From positions 1 through 64,000 of the forward strand of contig NW_018406841.1 of the NCBI RefSeq assembly GCF_002113885.1: a DNA stretch of 64,000 nucleotides, read 5' to 3'. Position numbers and translations under genes: made by a program. A model generated the notes under the pieces. It was given only the letters and a program-made list of their open reading frames with translations. It searched no databases and had not been told where the DNA came from. Positions 12,801 through 26,927 of the stretch are shown here, piece by piece. This DNA is from Mizuhopecten yessoensis. Taxonomy: Eukaryota. How positions within the stretch are numbered: the first letter of the stretch is position 1; every line of letters starts with the position of its first letter.

Positions 12801-15636
12801 ACAAACGTTTAAACGTTTCTAAAACATGTTTTTTAAGAACGTATATAAACGTGTATTTTAACTAATTTGATTTTTTGAAATCGTACCTACTAGTGGTTTA
12901 TATGCAACGCACATTGATGATTGATTCTACATTTTGTTAAATAATATTCTAAGAGGATTGATATTATTTCTTTTGATAATGATATGTTGTAAATAGGTGC
13001 ACAACTGTCGAAAAGCTAACATTATGATACATGCTACTAAGACACCTGTCAGCTTTAAATAGTTTGTTGACTGTTAGCAAGATTTTTAAATAGATATTTA
13101 TTATCGTAAATTTCCTAGCGTTGATGATGCTCAGACGAATCTGAATTATTAGATAATTGAATTTATTGTTTGTTGGAGGAGTTAAACAGGCGATAAGGTG
13201 TTTGTAAAACGTATTTCATGCAAATACAGAGTGAATGTAAATCTGTTTATAAGTAAGCCGTTATGTTACCTGATTTAATGAGTATGCAGTACCCGGACTG
13301 CAACTGGGTGTTGTTATTGACTTTCGACAAAGTTATATTTAACAGTTCATTGTTGGCAAAATTGCTAATGATATCACCACTAAGCCGTGTACATTGATAT
13401 TCAGTATAAGTATTAGTAGGATGTCTGTTAAATCTAAGGATGCTTCCACAATCAGACGCCGGCGCTGTTCCAGGATAAGGTCCAGTTTGTAAGTTGACAG
13501 GACCTGTATTAGTCCCACTTAGACTAACTGTACACCGACAACTGTCGTAGTCTAACACTCCTGTGTCGTTCGTATCTACCACCACACGTCCAGCTGTCAG
13601 TGATCCACTCCTACACATCGGCAACACTGTAAGATCAAATTCATTAAATCAAGTAAATGTTTAAACAGATGATGTTCGGTGAGAGCCTAAAGTATCGATA
13701 TCTTTCTACCTCTACCCAAACATAAAGTCTAGAATGAGAAGTTATCATTGTCCCACTCCTACATATCGATTCATTAGTGTTGTGTTGATTTATTGTTATT
13801 TTGTAATGTCAATCTCTTGTTTTCATTTTTCTTTTCAATTGAAGCAAATTACTTCAAGATCAGAAACAATAATCTTACTATATCAACTATATACCATGTC
13901 AATGTCAATTGCCTAATACTGTTATTAACTAGAATTGTAAAGCTTTTGAAGTTGAATCTCCAATCTGTTTTAAAGATGAAAATTTCTGACAACATTTATA
14001 CAATATGGGTCGAATTTTGCGCACTATGAGGAAATCAGATTTTTCCTTTTTTTTAAGATTTACTCTTTAAATACATCTAAATATTCTGATTCAATTTATA
14101 AATCTATCGTTACCTTCTTTTGCATATTTCAACAAAAATATTAATTTATTTGTACGTACATAGAATACTACAACATCCGCTATACATACCGTTAGTAAAT
14201 CCATCTGAATTAGCTTTATCAGCACATATGGTAGCATCGATGCCTGCAATCAATATCTATCATTACTAACAATCACAATGTCCATTGTGTCCTGCTTTTT
14301 TCAAACAGAATAATGATTAAGAAAATAGAAAAGTGAGCATTAGATATAGTCACATCCTCGATACTTCAGAGGTTATACTCACACCAATTTTACTGTTATG
14401 CGATCGACAGAAACTTTTGATGTACATCTATAGATCAGACAAGTCTTCTTGTATAATCCACAAGGTGATGCACACTTAGCCTTCGATTTTGCTACGACAT
14501 ATTCTAGAAGTGTAGAGAGCGAAAGTGAGCGAAACCCCTGGACATCGAGGATATCATAGCCATTTATGCATATAGAAAGTCAAAATGCATATCAAACTGT
14601 AAGTACATCGCAAATCCTTAACACTTTTATATTTTTATCTTTTGGCACCGACACATGACTGTCCTAGGCTAAACTAAACCTTAGCGTGTGATTGATTAAA
14701 ATATTTAAACGTTTTGAAAAGATTCATGTAGCACAACCAATAAGTGTTTATATGCGTCGTTTCGATGACTAGTATGGTATGTACTCTATCACCTCCATCA
14801 GACAAATGACCAGCGAAGTGTATGTACATAAAGGTGTAAGATTGTACGCGTTGTCCCCGCAAATCGATGTCGATTCTGCTACGCTGTAAGCGTATGTACA
14901 ATAAGTTGTTATATATGTACCGAAATGACTCGTGTCACATAAAAACACTTATTGTCTATGCTACAATAATCTTTTTATAATCCATACTTAAACCAACTTG
15001 AAGAAAATACTTAGAAAAATGCTAAAACGTGCATCTTATCACATATTTCAAATGGATGTGATGCACAATACATGACATGGTTACACTCTGTTCTAGTACT
15101 TCTTCAACTTCTGTTTTATTCTGTTCATCTCAAACCTATCAATACATTTTGTAGTATCCCCATTACATCAGCAAATATATAATATCAAACTACACAGACT
15201 TGAAGGTGCTTATGTGCGAATGTTTCCCACTTTAAAGCGAAAAGGATGCCTACATGCATATAGTCTAAATGTTTGTACAGATTTAACCCCAAAATTATAA
15301 AGAAAAAAGCCAAACCGAGAAAAACTTACAAAGTATATATGAAACATAGCAACTTATATGACTGCTATATCGATAATCTGACAGAGACTGATACGAGTAT
15401 AGCCTGCAGAATAATGATATTTAATGCCAGCTGTTGTATCCCAACACCTTTTTCGTAGACACCAGTTAAAGTTACTTTACCTATACTGCTATCAAGCTAA
15501 ATAAACACAGCAAATACATTTTTACGGAGTGATCACCTTAACAAGAATTTACTTCCGCATTGGGTTTACCTGTGATGATATAGTCCACCAGTATTACAAA
15601 AGCCATATATCTCATCCGGTTGATTCTGCCCCTCAT
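9891..15636 (-). CDS. Gene B (complete, 305 aa): type I membrane receptor with Cys-rich domain, poly-Thr stalk, TM and Tyr-motif tail. Exons 15636-15570, 14243-14190, 13626-13270, 12395-12198, 10452-10374, 10053-9891
   Basis: All six exons have canonical GT/AG and join into one 918-nt open frame. Signal MRGRINRMRYMAFVILVDYIIT; TM VGVVVPIVVTLLVVAVATVANVILY followed by KRR; tail RLTMVNELKSGSHVMTSQDTVHYDSLDQSRVEPPNTYEEMSTRQTYVNTAMST*. Confidence 0.88.
10860..10978 (-). mobile_element. SINE 3' fragment with V-like core
   Basis: ggaggaaagccggagtacccggagaaaaacc preceded by a (tttg)n tail. Confidence 0.55.
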
Positions 15637-16060
15637 GGTCTTATGTGTTCTTCTTCCGGAGTAGACAGAACCGTAATCATGGGTCCATTCACCAAATCGA
15701 CTTGATTGTCCTAATTTTATATGTTAAAGGACGAGAAGGATACTGCTATTGCTGGGTGTTACTACGTCATATATTGTAAATAAAGAACTAGTATATTCAG
15801 TAAACAAGTATACGCTTCATAAACTTTGTAGAATGTCCCCATTGCACTCAGTGTATGCGTTACGTAAACAGAAACAGGAAGAGATTTTTTCATTCAAGTC
15901 GAACTCATATGCCTTGCACTATACATCAACAGAATTATTGTAACGATAGGGTGTCGTAATGTATTTTTACGTTACTTATTAACTAATCGTCTGGTGGACA
16001 TCAAATGATGTCCCATTTCAGGCATTGAAAGATTTCCAATATGTTAATACAGGAAATGTA

Positions 16061-16174
16061 TCCCCCTGATGAGCCTCTAAAGAGGTGAAAGCGCTAGAGA
16101 GGTACTAAGAAATCGTCATTTGTTTTTAACTTTGTACAATCACAAGGACATTGGATAGTTGTTTTTTTCCGATT
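16061..16174 (+). mobile_element. 114-bp insertion with a minimal hammerhead-ribozyme-like motif and 13-bp TSD
   Basis: CTGATGA-GCCTCT-AA-AGAGGT-GAAA-GCGC-TA at 16066-16096; TSD tacaggaaatgta at 16048-16060 and 16175-16187. Confidence 0.7.
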
Positions 16175-17424
16175 TACAGGAAATGTAATATATATAATGT
16201 TATAGTAATAATTCAAACAAGTAATTTCTGGCTTTATCCCATCATTTTTATAAAATATTTCGCATTTTGTGTACTATCATTTGACAAGACGAGTTGCTTG
16301 TCATTTAATGAGTAACTTAAAAGATTAACGTAACACACAGGTGATTGAACCTTTAAAATTTGGTATTAAATACAGAATTTTAATATGTCGTCGTTAGTAA
16401 ATTGACTGAAAAGATAAAATCAGGAAGAAGGCATGTGTTCAGTGTTTGGAATTTTGTTAATACTAGATTTGTAGTGGGTGAAGGAGAGGAATGTGAAATT
16501 GACATCAAAGATCCAGTGATCCTGTGAGAAAAATATAAGGGAACGCGAAAACAGTTCATGTCAGATGTTTCTTTAAAAAGCGACGTTTAGACATTACAAC
16601 CAATTTAAGACGTATTTCCTAAACTAAGTGTCGTGTTATAATATATTTGTTTTTAAATTTAAGTTGTTACTTAATATTCAAACTATCCATCTACAGACTG
16701 TTGTATTAACATAAACTGTTCTGTTGCTTTACCATGTTAATAGATACCAGGACTATTGCTGTCTGTACAGATCTTATTGCCCGAATGTACGAGTGAGAAT
16801 TGTATTATAGTGAAAACAATTTCAACCTCACATTTTTTATAACAATAAATGCATTGAGTTAACTGTGGTCCTTCCCCTCCTCATTACACCTAGGACCAAG
16901 CTTAGTAGTTTGTGCCTCATTATGAATAAAATCGTAATATACACAATGTATGGTGATGTGGTCACTTTGTATTACCGAATTGGAGTATATCTGTCAAGTA
17001 GACGTAACGTTATACAGATAGTACCCGTATGTGAAGCTGTAACCAAAAAGGGTGTGCTGGCCTGAAAATGTGACTCTGAGTAAGACGTCAGCAAAGATCT
17101 TTATGTTCGGAATGGTGGAAATGTAATCATTATTCATGATTATATAAATATATTTGACTAGTGGATATGCCAACATTCTAAAATATCAATGACTTTGATG
17201 TTGAAACTGATACAAATGACGTCAGAATGGTTCCATAATGATGTTTTGCAATCATTATCTTGTTTTTTACATCATGAACAAATACAAGTTTGCATCAAGT
17301 ATTTTTCGGTTTCGAACTTGTTGTATAGTAAGACCTGGATATAAATGGTTCATGTCCTGGTTTATCAGCCGATTCACCGAATCGTTAAAAGCGTAAACAC
17401 ATCTCTAGTTTACAGTACTACGTA

Positions 17425-17621
17425 CCTTCGGGTTCACGTAGGATACACTGTCGTAGGGGAGAGAGATGTATGTCAATTTGGAGATACTTGTTGTTATCTA
17501 AGTCCATAAGTAGCTGCTACCTCTGACGTCATAATGGCACTGGAAGATGTTGTTGATGACGTGACGGTGATGACAGTCAGAATATTGTAGAAGTTTGCAT
17601 TTCCTGGTCAGGTATATTATC
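17425..17621 (-). pseudogene. Degenerate exon-4-like (stalk) remnant
   Basis: After a CAG acceptor it reads YLTRKC (compare gene C AYLSVKC), then Ser/Thr-rich TVITVTSSTTSSSAIMTSE in another frame, with stops. Confidence 0.3.
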
Positions 17622-19001
17622 CTGAGCATTAAAATACCGAGAGTGACACACAAATTAATGATAATAACCACGACTATGCATAGAATTTTGCAATCTCATT
17701 GATGTATGTACAAAGAAATATCGTATCCTGTTAGCAATGATGGCAGCGAAAAAATGCATACGCACGTAAACCTATGATGAGACGATATTTGTTCAATACT
17801 CATTTGTTGAGTTTGTATAAATGTATAGCATAGTATATGTAATGTATACATTGTAGAATAAACGCTAACAATGATATAAACAACATATATAACCAATAAT
17901 TGTTTAAGGAAACCCATGGCGCGGTAAATTTGCTGAAAAATGTTTAACTGACTATTGTTCACACTAAACATAACTTATAATAAACATAAGTAGTATCGCA
18001 TCATTTGTTGCTTTGCCTTCAGGTTTGAAAACGAATAAAATTTAAGTGCAAAGACTGTTTTAAAGTGCCATGAAAATAAAATAAATCAAGTTTATAGAAG
18101 GTTGATAAATTACGACATCATGTACTAAAGAAACAAATGAATTTACAGAGAAAATGCTGGGTAAATTGATTACCGGTAAATAGCTCTTAAGTCAGTCGTA
18201 AATATCCAGTATTTTAGGGTTCATGTTACCTCAGATTGATCTTCTCATCATGACGTCATCAACACGGTGTTGTCTTCAATCATCAAGTAGTGTTTTTTGG
18301 GTGGGTTTATCGCGGAAACGGATAAATAAAATGCCAAGCATACATACTTCTTTCATACATCCAATCGTCTTACTCAATTAGACATACGTCACGTGACAAT
18401 ACAGTCATGAACAATTTTACTTTAAAACATGGACATACGGACGGAAATAGACGATCATGGACAAACAAAACGTTGATAGACAAAGACAGAATTGACAAAA
18501 TAAACGTGGACAGATATAGACAGACAAAAAACATAATATCAAGTACATAATTTAAAAATATCCTATAATGAAGCAAAATAATCATGGTATTTAATCATTT
18601 AACCTGTCCTTTTAAACTTTAACAAAACTGTTGTCCATTTTTGCAAAGCTATATCTGTAAACAAATGAAATACATTTAAACATTATCAGATTGTTATCGT
18701 ACCCTGCAATTGAATGAAATTGCATGACGAGTTCAATTTTTTTCTCTGAAACAAATTACAATGACAAAAATGTTTCTCATTACATCTACTTGCATAAACT
18801 TATCATTATCAAGCACACATGGCATTTGTTCCTGAAAAAATAAAACAAATGTGCAGTATTTAGAAAAATAAAAAGTAACGCATGTAGAAAAAACATGTCA
18901 GCTAAAATGGATGTAAACTTTAATTTATAGATGAGTTCGAAAATAAATTAATCTGCTTGCAATCATACAAGCGGTTAGACTTATCATATTAAATATTTTA
19001 C

Positions 19002-22000
19002 CATTGAAATACGATGCCAGGGACGAAGTGGAAGGGCTGGTCACAGAGATGGGAGAAGGTTTTTGATCTGACGTTAGCATCACTGTAGCAGGGGATGTCG
19101 GTGGTGGTGTGGTGTTCTCTTCACTTTTATCATTCACTTCGAAGCATTTCACAGACAAGTATGCCCCCGTACCTAAACAATGGGTATTAAAGCCATGTGA
19201 AAGACATGAATTTAGTTCATACAAAGATTATACATTCATAACTATAGTTTACTTGTACTTGAATGTACTTGTTTACCCGTCATATCTGTTATCACAATGT
19301 ATACATAGAGGAGTAAGTATGGTTTGTATAAAGTATAAAGCTTGAGTATCACATCCTATATCACAATATATAAATAGATCAGTAAGGATAGTTTGTATAC
19401 CGTATAAAGGTTAAGTATCACATCCTATATCAGAATGTATAAATAGATTGGTAGGTATAGCTTGTATAAAGTATAAAGGTTGAGTATCACATCATATATC
19501 ACAATGTATGAATAGATTAGTAAGTATAGTGTGTATACAGTATAAAGGTTAAGTATCACATCCTATATCACAATGTATAAATAGATTGGTAGGTATAGCT
19601 TGTATAAAGTATAAAGGTTGAGTATCACATCATATATCACAATGTATAAATAGATTAGTAAGCATAGTGTGTATACAGTATAAAGATTAAGTATCACATC
19701 CTATATCACCATCAAAATTGCAAGTCTCCCCTAAATGTTCCTTATGGTAGCAGAGTTACAGTAGAAATGGTTTGATCCTTAAAATAAAGAACATGTCTCA
19801 GATCAACATGCATAGCGGATTCATCCTGCACAACACACCTACATATATATATATATTTATTAACTACATTTTTAATACAGTTTTTTTAGAAGAGTGATTT
19901 CCCTAGATTTGGGACTTGTGAAAACAATGGTTACCACATCAAAAAACGCCAAAAATGGGGAAAAACATGATTTTTAGCCCAAAATTTGACCCACGCAAGT
20001 AGTATTTTTTTTACTTAAAACCTGTCTTAAATTAAATATCGCCTTCTAGGTAACAGAAATACTCACGTTTAAGCATAGGTCATATCGGTGGATTTTTCAC
20101 AATATTTACACATGTGTTGAGTACAAAAATTGACTACATGAAAAGCTAGCTTTTGCTGTATAAACACAGATTTGTAAATGACCAAAAAAGGAGTCTCAAA
20201 CCAAATTCGATTTTTTTTATTTAAATGTGAAGCCCACATAGTCCACTTCATCATGTATATGCCAATTTTAGTGCTGTTTTATTTATTAATTTTGATACAT
20301 GTAATATTACAGGGGTTATCCATTGTACAAAATTATCACCCATGGCCACCGTGCGCTACTGTACACTGCTGCCTATGTGCTTTTTAGGTTACACGTCACA
20401 TCCGGTATCACATGTTATACCAAGAAGTATTTTCTGCATACGGTATAGAGGTTTAAGGTCATATCCATGCTAATTGTAATGAAAATGGCAATTATCCTAT
20501 ATACATGTACAAATACAAAGACCAAGTGAATTTGTGAAATGCATTTCCCTCGCGTGCGTGTCATGTTTTAGATGTAGTATATGGTCACCTCATTAATTGT
20601 GCTTAAATATTCACGGAATAAACTCAGCCTGAGATATGTCAATTTGAATGAGTGTAACGGATTTCGTTAAAATCGACCCATTGGTGGACCCATTGCATTG
20701 TAAAATAATTGCCTATCACAAATAATCCTCATTAAGAATGCATAACTATTCACAGATTTCACTAAAGTACGGACTTTGGCTGTAACATGTTTAGCATGTA
20801 TGTGCTCAACGAATGTTGTTAAAATCGTCAACTTTAAGGCAGTTATTGCATGGAAACAACCTTAGATATATTATCACCTGCTTTGCTAATTGTTTGTTTC
20901 AACACACATGTACTATTATTTTTGACTCTTCCAAAATGCGTGCGTGCCGCATAAGGAGGAAATAATGAGATATACAGATTTCAGGCTGTTTGTATTACGA
21001 AAAAATGTTTCTGCTTTTCAATTCAGTAACTAAGTTAATCTTTGACTTTGAACACATCTTACCTGTACTAAGCTAAAGACAATACCATGAAGAAATTCCA
21101 CTGAATAATATAACATGAAGTAATAGCCCTAAATTCGTGATGGTTGATTATCATGTTAACCTTACCTTACTTACGTTAATGAATTTTTAAATCGCAAAAG
21201 GGACCCGGTAAACTTAACAAAAAAAACCCGAGTCAATTAAACATGACGACCAATCAGTACCCGTTGGGGAACCTCTATAAAATGTAAACACAAACAGGGA
21301 ACCGATCCAGCTGTTGTTTCTGATAATGTCAATGTACTAATGCCATTATTTTGTATGATACATACTACAGGAAGTACCAATGAAGAATTGGATATAACTT
21401 TTATCCTGTTAGTTTTACAAGAACACAATAATATGCATATTACTAAAAATTACTAAACTTCGTAAGTTATTAACATAAAACACGACTTACTTGCCGTAGA
21501 TGAAAGACAGTATTCTGACGTACTTCCACTGGGTCCAGACTGCCACACAACAATGAATGTATCATTTGTCTGGCCAAGGTAAAATTTAGTAAATCCAACA
21601 GTACAAACGAAAGTTGTTGATTGAACAGACGAGACAGCTGCTACGTGCGCTGATAAAATAACGCTGCTTCCACATCCAGACGGAGGATATAACGACTGGA
21701 CATCGTCAAATAGAACATTTGAACTGATTCCGTCGGAGCGTCCCGTCATTGTCGCCGTACAGGAACAGTTGATACTACCGCCATCTGTTCTGTACGCAGA
21801 CGATCCGTACGTGTCTATAACCACGCGTTTACCGACGGCATTACCATCTTCACACATGTTCAGTACTGAAACAATACAACATTTAAAGAAAGTGTTCTCT
21901 ATACTACGAAACTATACAGTTGCTTATGGAAGAATTATATAATAATACATATAACATATGCATATACTTTCAGTGAAAAAAATGTGTCTATCCGGTTATC

Positions 22001-24446
22001 GTTATACTTTTTTTATAATTCATAAACGTATCAATACAATCATTTGAGGCACATTTTTTAGTAAGTTATAACGGGACGAATATATATCAAGTAAGTTTCG
22101 ACACAAGACCTAAGCTTCATGCACATGCCTAACGTTAGAGAGAAAAAGACAAACCCGATAGACGTAATGCGATTTTACATGATCTACTTTCAGTCAGGTG
22201 TCAGTAAAGTCCTTGGCGATAAACCTTGTGTTGGTAAAACTATGCATATATATCGTGGTCATGTGGCGCAGTGGATAGCGCACCTGCCTTTCATCAAGAA
22301 GGCCGGGGTGGAATAAAAAATCGATTGTATGCAACGATAAACTACGAAACTTAACAGTTTTTAAGATCCCCGTACACTGTCAAAGACTGTAACAATGTAC
22401 CGGAAATCGATGTTGTCGGCATGACTAGAGCTTAAATGGGTTTTGAAAAAAAAAACCATCTTGTGAGAATCTTATATAAAAACAGCAGAGAGGAAAACAG
22501 CGTTATGATTTGTTTTAAAAAAAAACGTGTTATAACGGGATTTGAACCCTGGAGTTCAGTTTGGAATACTATCGCTCTAACCGACTGAGGTACCCTAATC
22601 TTAGAGGTATCTCTAAAAAACGAAACCAAGGGACAGGAACACGGATCCTTAATAGGGCCATCCACAATTCTAAGTACAAGAAAGTTTTGCATATTAGTAC
22701 ATCTACAAGACACATAGATAGTGGAAAATTCTAGAAAAAATACCTGTCCAGTGCTCTTTTATTTTTCCTATTTTATAAACATAAACTATCGAATCAAAAT
22801 TATTGTAAGACACTTTTAAGAGATGCGACACAAGTTTCTTTTGACGAGGAAACTACAAGCACACCGGAGTTATAACGCTGAAGACAAGCAGATAGACCTG
22901 AGGGCCAAAACTTTATGTCTGATATACACGATGGCCTAACATCGTAAATAATCTATTTGTTATTATTTTATTGAAATTATTGGTAAAATCAGGTGTTGGT
23001 TGATATACTTTTTCTCAGTAGGTTTCTTATAAAGTCAGCTGTTTTGTGTCGGTAAAATGAGGTTTCACTGAAAAAAGGCTAAAAGAAAAAAAAAATGTTT
23101 TAAATTCCTCTTTGAATAAAAATCCATATTCAATAATATTACATTATAACAACATCCTTATAAACTAACTTGTATGCTAATGTACAATGTAGAAACACAC
23201 ATTTACAAAATGTATTGATCTAACGGAAATATTTTATACTGTGAACGACATTTTTTGGAATGCCATTCATCCCGATTTTTTTTATATTCACAAAGACCAG
23301 AGTTCTGCCAATTTGATTTTGTTTGCTAAAACGATGAGAGGGTTTATTTTCAAAACTCCCCCCTTTGGGAAATTAAGGTCAAAAGAACGATTTGTGTTAT
23401 TAATAAGCGTATAAATAAAACTTGTATATGTAAAGTAATCCATTATGTAAATAAATTTGATCACAAGAGTTGGACATGCCGCAAATGATTTATTCTTCAA
23501 GTGGTCTGAGCCTTTAAAATATGGTCTTTAACATAATTACCCACCCCTATCTCTCGAAAGGTAAGATGGGGTGGGGCGTTAGTTATTACCCATAGTTCCA
23601 TCTGTAACGGCGTCAGAACATACCGTCCCAGCTGCATCTGTTGGGAAGAAACATTATAGACCGATTATATACATTAAATATACAGATTTTCATCAACCAA
23701 AACAAGAAGTTAACATATTGGAGAAGAATTATCTCTTTTTTTCATAAACTCTAATTTTACTCTAATTATATTAAAATGGCTTGCAAAAAAATTTAAAACC
23801 TTATAAAGCCCTTGATTAGGAAATAACATAATGGAAGTAAAAGGAAGGGAGGGAAGGAAGGAAGAAGGGAAGAAAGTATGAAAGGGGAAAAGGGAGGACA
23901 GTTAGATTTTCTATTCGGAATCGTTTCTACAAATGTGTGTATATAAGGGAAGAAATTATGTTTGATTTCAGGATACACTTTATAATATTTCGCAAATAAT
24001 CGACCTTTTGAAAACATACAAAAACAAAACAAAATCAGATTTATTTTGACTGAAACATCTAGAAAACTGTTAAAACTCTGTCATTAAGACTGTGTTTTCT
24101 CTACTTCTCCAGTTATTGACCTATGTGCTAAAGACAAATCCTCTTTAGATACAAATGCCACAAAACTCATGTTTCAGGTAACGTATGACTGATTTTAATT
24201 CTTTTTCTTTCAATACACTTGACCTTACGAATTCAAGATGAAGTTTGCACAATAATTAGCCTTCAGTTACAAGCAAGCCATATATATGTATAACATCACC
24301 AGGCCACTTGATTCTTTCAACGTTTATAACTAGACCAGATCCAGTTATGATTCATTATGATATTCCTCGGTACAAGATTCTCTGTAATGGAATACACTCA
24401 CCATTATACAAATTCACCAATATAGACACAAATACCACAACGTCAT
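19002..24446 (-). CDS. Gene C: receptor paralog with exon 1 24446-24402 (frameshifted by 7-nt deletion), exon 2 23637-23590, exon 3 21865-21491, exon 4 19172-19002. No TM/tail exon recognised (possible pseudogene or secreted form)
   Basis: Exons 2-4 are open with phase-1 GT/AG junctions and the 6-Cys pattern (MCEDG..VVIDT..CSC..YPPSGCGSS..C..YCL). Exon 1 is 45 nt versus 52 nt in paralogs and hits TGA. Confidence 0.7.
19290..19709. repeat. 69-bp minisatellite, 6 units, with an alternating 138-bp higher-order pattern
   Basis: Unit starts at 19290, 19359, 19428, 19497, 19566, 19635. Confidence 0.9.
22256..22312 (+). mobile_element. SINE 5' head fragment
   Basis: gtggcgcagtggatagcgcacctgcctttcatcaagaaggccgggg matches the head at 33130-33175. 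Confidence 0.55.
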
Positions 24447-25959
24447 GTCGTCCCCTATTGTCAAACTGTGTAAATTAACCAGGACCAAGTGTCAACGTTC
24501 CTTATTTCGTTATTAATATAGGATTAGACTAAGACGAACTCCTTTGATAATTATCCAAGAAAATCATTGCTTTGCCTATTCGATCTAGACTCTTGCCGGT
24601 TTATTTTTGTCAACACTTCAACATGGTGACGCATCGACGAGCAGCATTATTGTAATGTTAATGGATCAAGGTCGGTATTTCTCTTTAACGTGTACTTCCT
24701 GGTACAAATCTACGTATCAAGTTACATATGTTTGGTTTAAACATAGCTATATTTGTATTTAATTTATATACTGTGTACATTTCTGCAACTTAACCTTAAG
24801 AAATCCAGTCACTTATCATCGTGTGACTTACTATTTTTATTTAAATTATAGTAAATGCTCAATATAATTAGCAACGGCGAGGTCTTTTGCAATTTCCTGT
24901 AAATAATTGGTTAGTTATTCGAGACTTACCATTTATAAAGATATGTAAATATAACGAAGTTACAGTTATGATCGCCTTACATTCTACACTCAGGAATAAA
25001 TATACAAAATATTAAACAAAATCAGTGTCACCGTAATATTACAAATTTATTAAAACCATGATATTTTTTATTCATCCGAGAAGAATGGGTTTGTGTTGCC
25101 AACCTCTCAAATCTCTGTATAATTTTGTTAGGACGATGCTATTTTAATTCCGGGTAATTATTGTACACCGTCATATAATTTAAATATAGCCCCACCGATT
25201 AGAATTAAAACCGGTTTGTCGTCCTGTCAACTGTCATTTGGTTTTATGTCAGCACAAATATATAAAGTAATTCACTGTAAATACAGTGCCGTACCTAACT
25301 GCTTTCAGAGCGTACCACAGAGTGATATGTGAATCAGTATGTTTACATTCAACATAAAATTGTAAAGGTGTTCGTAATTGTCAAGGTATAGAAGTTATAT
25401 TGAACATGTGCCAGCACATGTATAAACAACAATATTGTGGTATTTCCTCAGTAGTAGCACATAAAACAATAATGAATAATTTAAATAACTTTTGTAAATA
25501 CGTTTCTAAACGAAACTTACACAGGCCCATAACATGTATTCGTCTATTTCACAAACATTTGCGAATGAAACGTACATGGGCTAATAAAAAGCATTTGTCT
25601 ATCGTATCAAATTATAAGTCATACGGCCATGAAATGAATATCGTATTACACATGTGTAATAAAACCTAAATGTGTTCTGACTTGTCCAAACCTTGGAGAC
25701 ACTTATCTGTAATATATGTATTAAATAATGAAATATTAATTCTTGTCTGGGATAGCATAAGTAAATACAAGTTTATAACCTGTTTGAAACAATGCATTAA
25801 TGTTCTACTTTATAATGCTTAACCTTTTAAAATAATGTTAATACCGCTATAACCAGACGTATATTTGGTGGCATTAAACTCCTACTTTTACTTTCACATA
25901 CTTCATTTCTGGTTAAAAAATACGAAACTGAGGCTTCCGATTAGGTGCTTTACCGTGCA

Positions 25960-26927
25960 GAGCTCCCGTTTATAACATTCCACCAAAAACCTCCTTGACA
26001 GATGGAACAACAACATCACAGAGCTGGACGAAAGACAAGGGGAGAACCAGCATATAAAAGACGCATTCAACCGTTGTGGATACCCCGACTGGTCAATTAA
26101 TTACGTGAAAATAGCTGAATAGAAAAACTCAAACAACAAAAATTAAAAAAGGAGACAGAAGGTAGTAAATGAGAACCAAACCAAATGCAAAACTGGGTCA
26201 CAATAGTTACGCGAAAATGACATCTGAGGCGTTTGCCCGGATGATGAGGTAACACCATTTCAGCACCCATTGCGACCATTGACAACAGTCAGACAGTTAC
26301 TCATGAACCTGAAAGACAAGACTGACATTCTAGACAAAACAGGGGTTGTTTACCAAATTCCGTGCAAATATTGTCAGCAGTCAAATATATGAAAACCGGG
26401 AGGAACATCGGAACACGGCTCGAAGAACCTCAAAAGAACGCAGAAAAAATTAGCAACGCCAATTCTACCAACATTGCATGCAAAACATCAGCCTCACAGT
26501 ACAATAAATCAGCATTAACGGATCATGCTTACACCCAAAATCACATAGTCGATTGAGACAATGTCAAATGAAAACGAGACAAAACAAAGAAGCAATCGAA
26601 ATCAGGAAAATGCAAAACATGAACAGGGACGAGGGGGTGCCAGCTGAGTCATCTGTATGACTCAATACTGACATATTAGGAGAAGGGGCTAAATTTACAC
26701 ATTACTAGTAACCTATTCGACACAGTGTGTATAACTCTCTATCGATAGGCGAAAATTCCCGAGTCGAGTGTCAAATAACATATACAATTTCATCAAATCG
26801 TTGTACAGGTAAACAATACAAATCGTTTACGAAGTCATAGATTGACAAAGGGACAAGTCGGTCTTGAAACGTTGCGACACGTTGTTTGATACGTACATGG
26901 TTTGTGTATACAGTAACATTTTGATAT
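25960..26927 (+). mobile_element. Penelope-like element 3' fragment (degenerate GIY-YIG endonuclease and terminal repeat)
   Basis: Broken frames read TGVVYQIPCKYC, TGRNIGTRLEE, SALTDH, KEAIEIRK and MNRDEG/LSHLY, typical of PLE GIY-YIG domains. Confidence 0.8.

Noticed and set aside
19290-19709. Regularly spaced repeats resembling a CRISPR array
   Set aside because: The whole unit repeats with no unique spacers, there are no cas genes and the context is eukaryotic.
20346-20353. CACGGTGG (minus strand), resembling a Transib TIR or RSS heptamer inside a receptor gene
   Set aside because: Single 8-mer with no partner end, nonamer or transposase visible; no support for somatic rearrangement.
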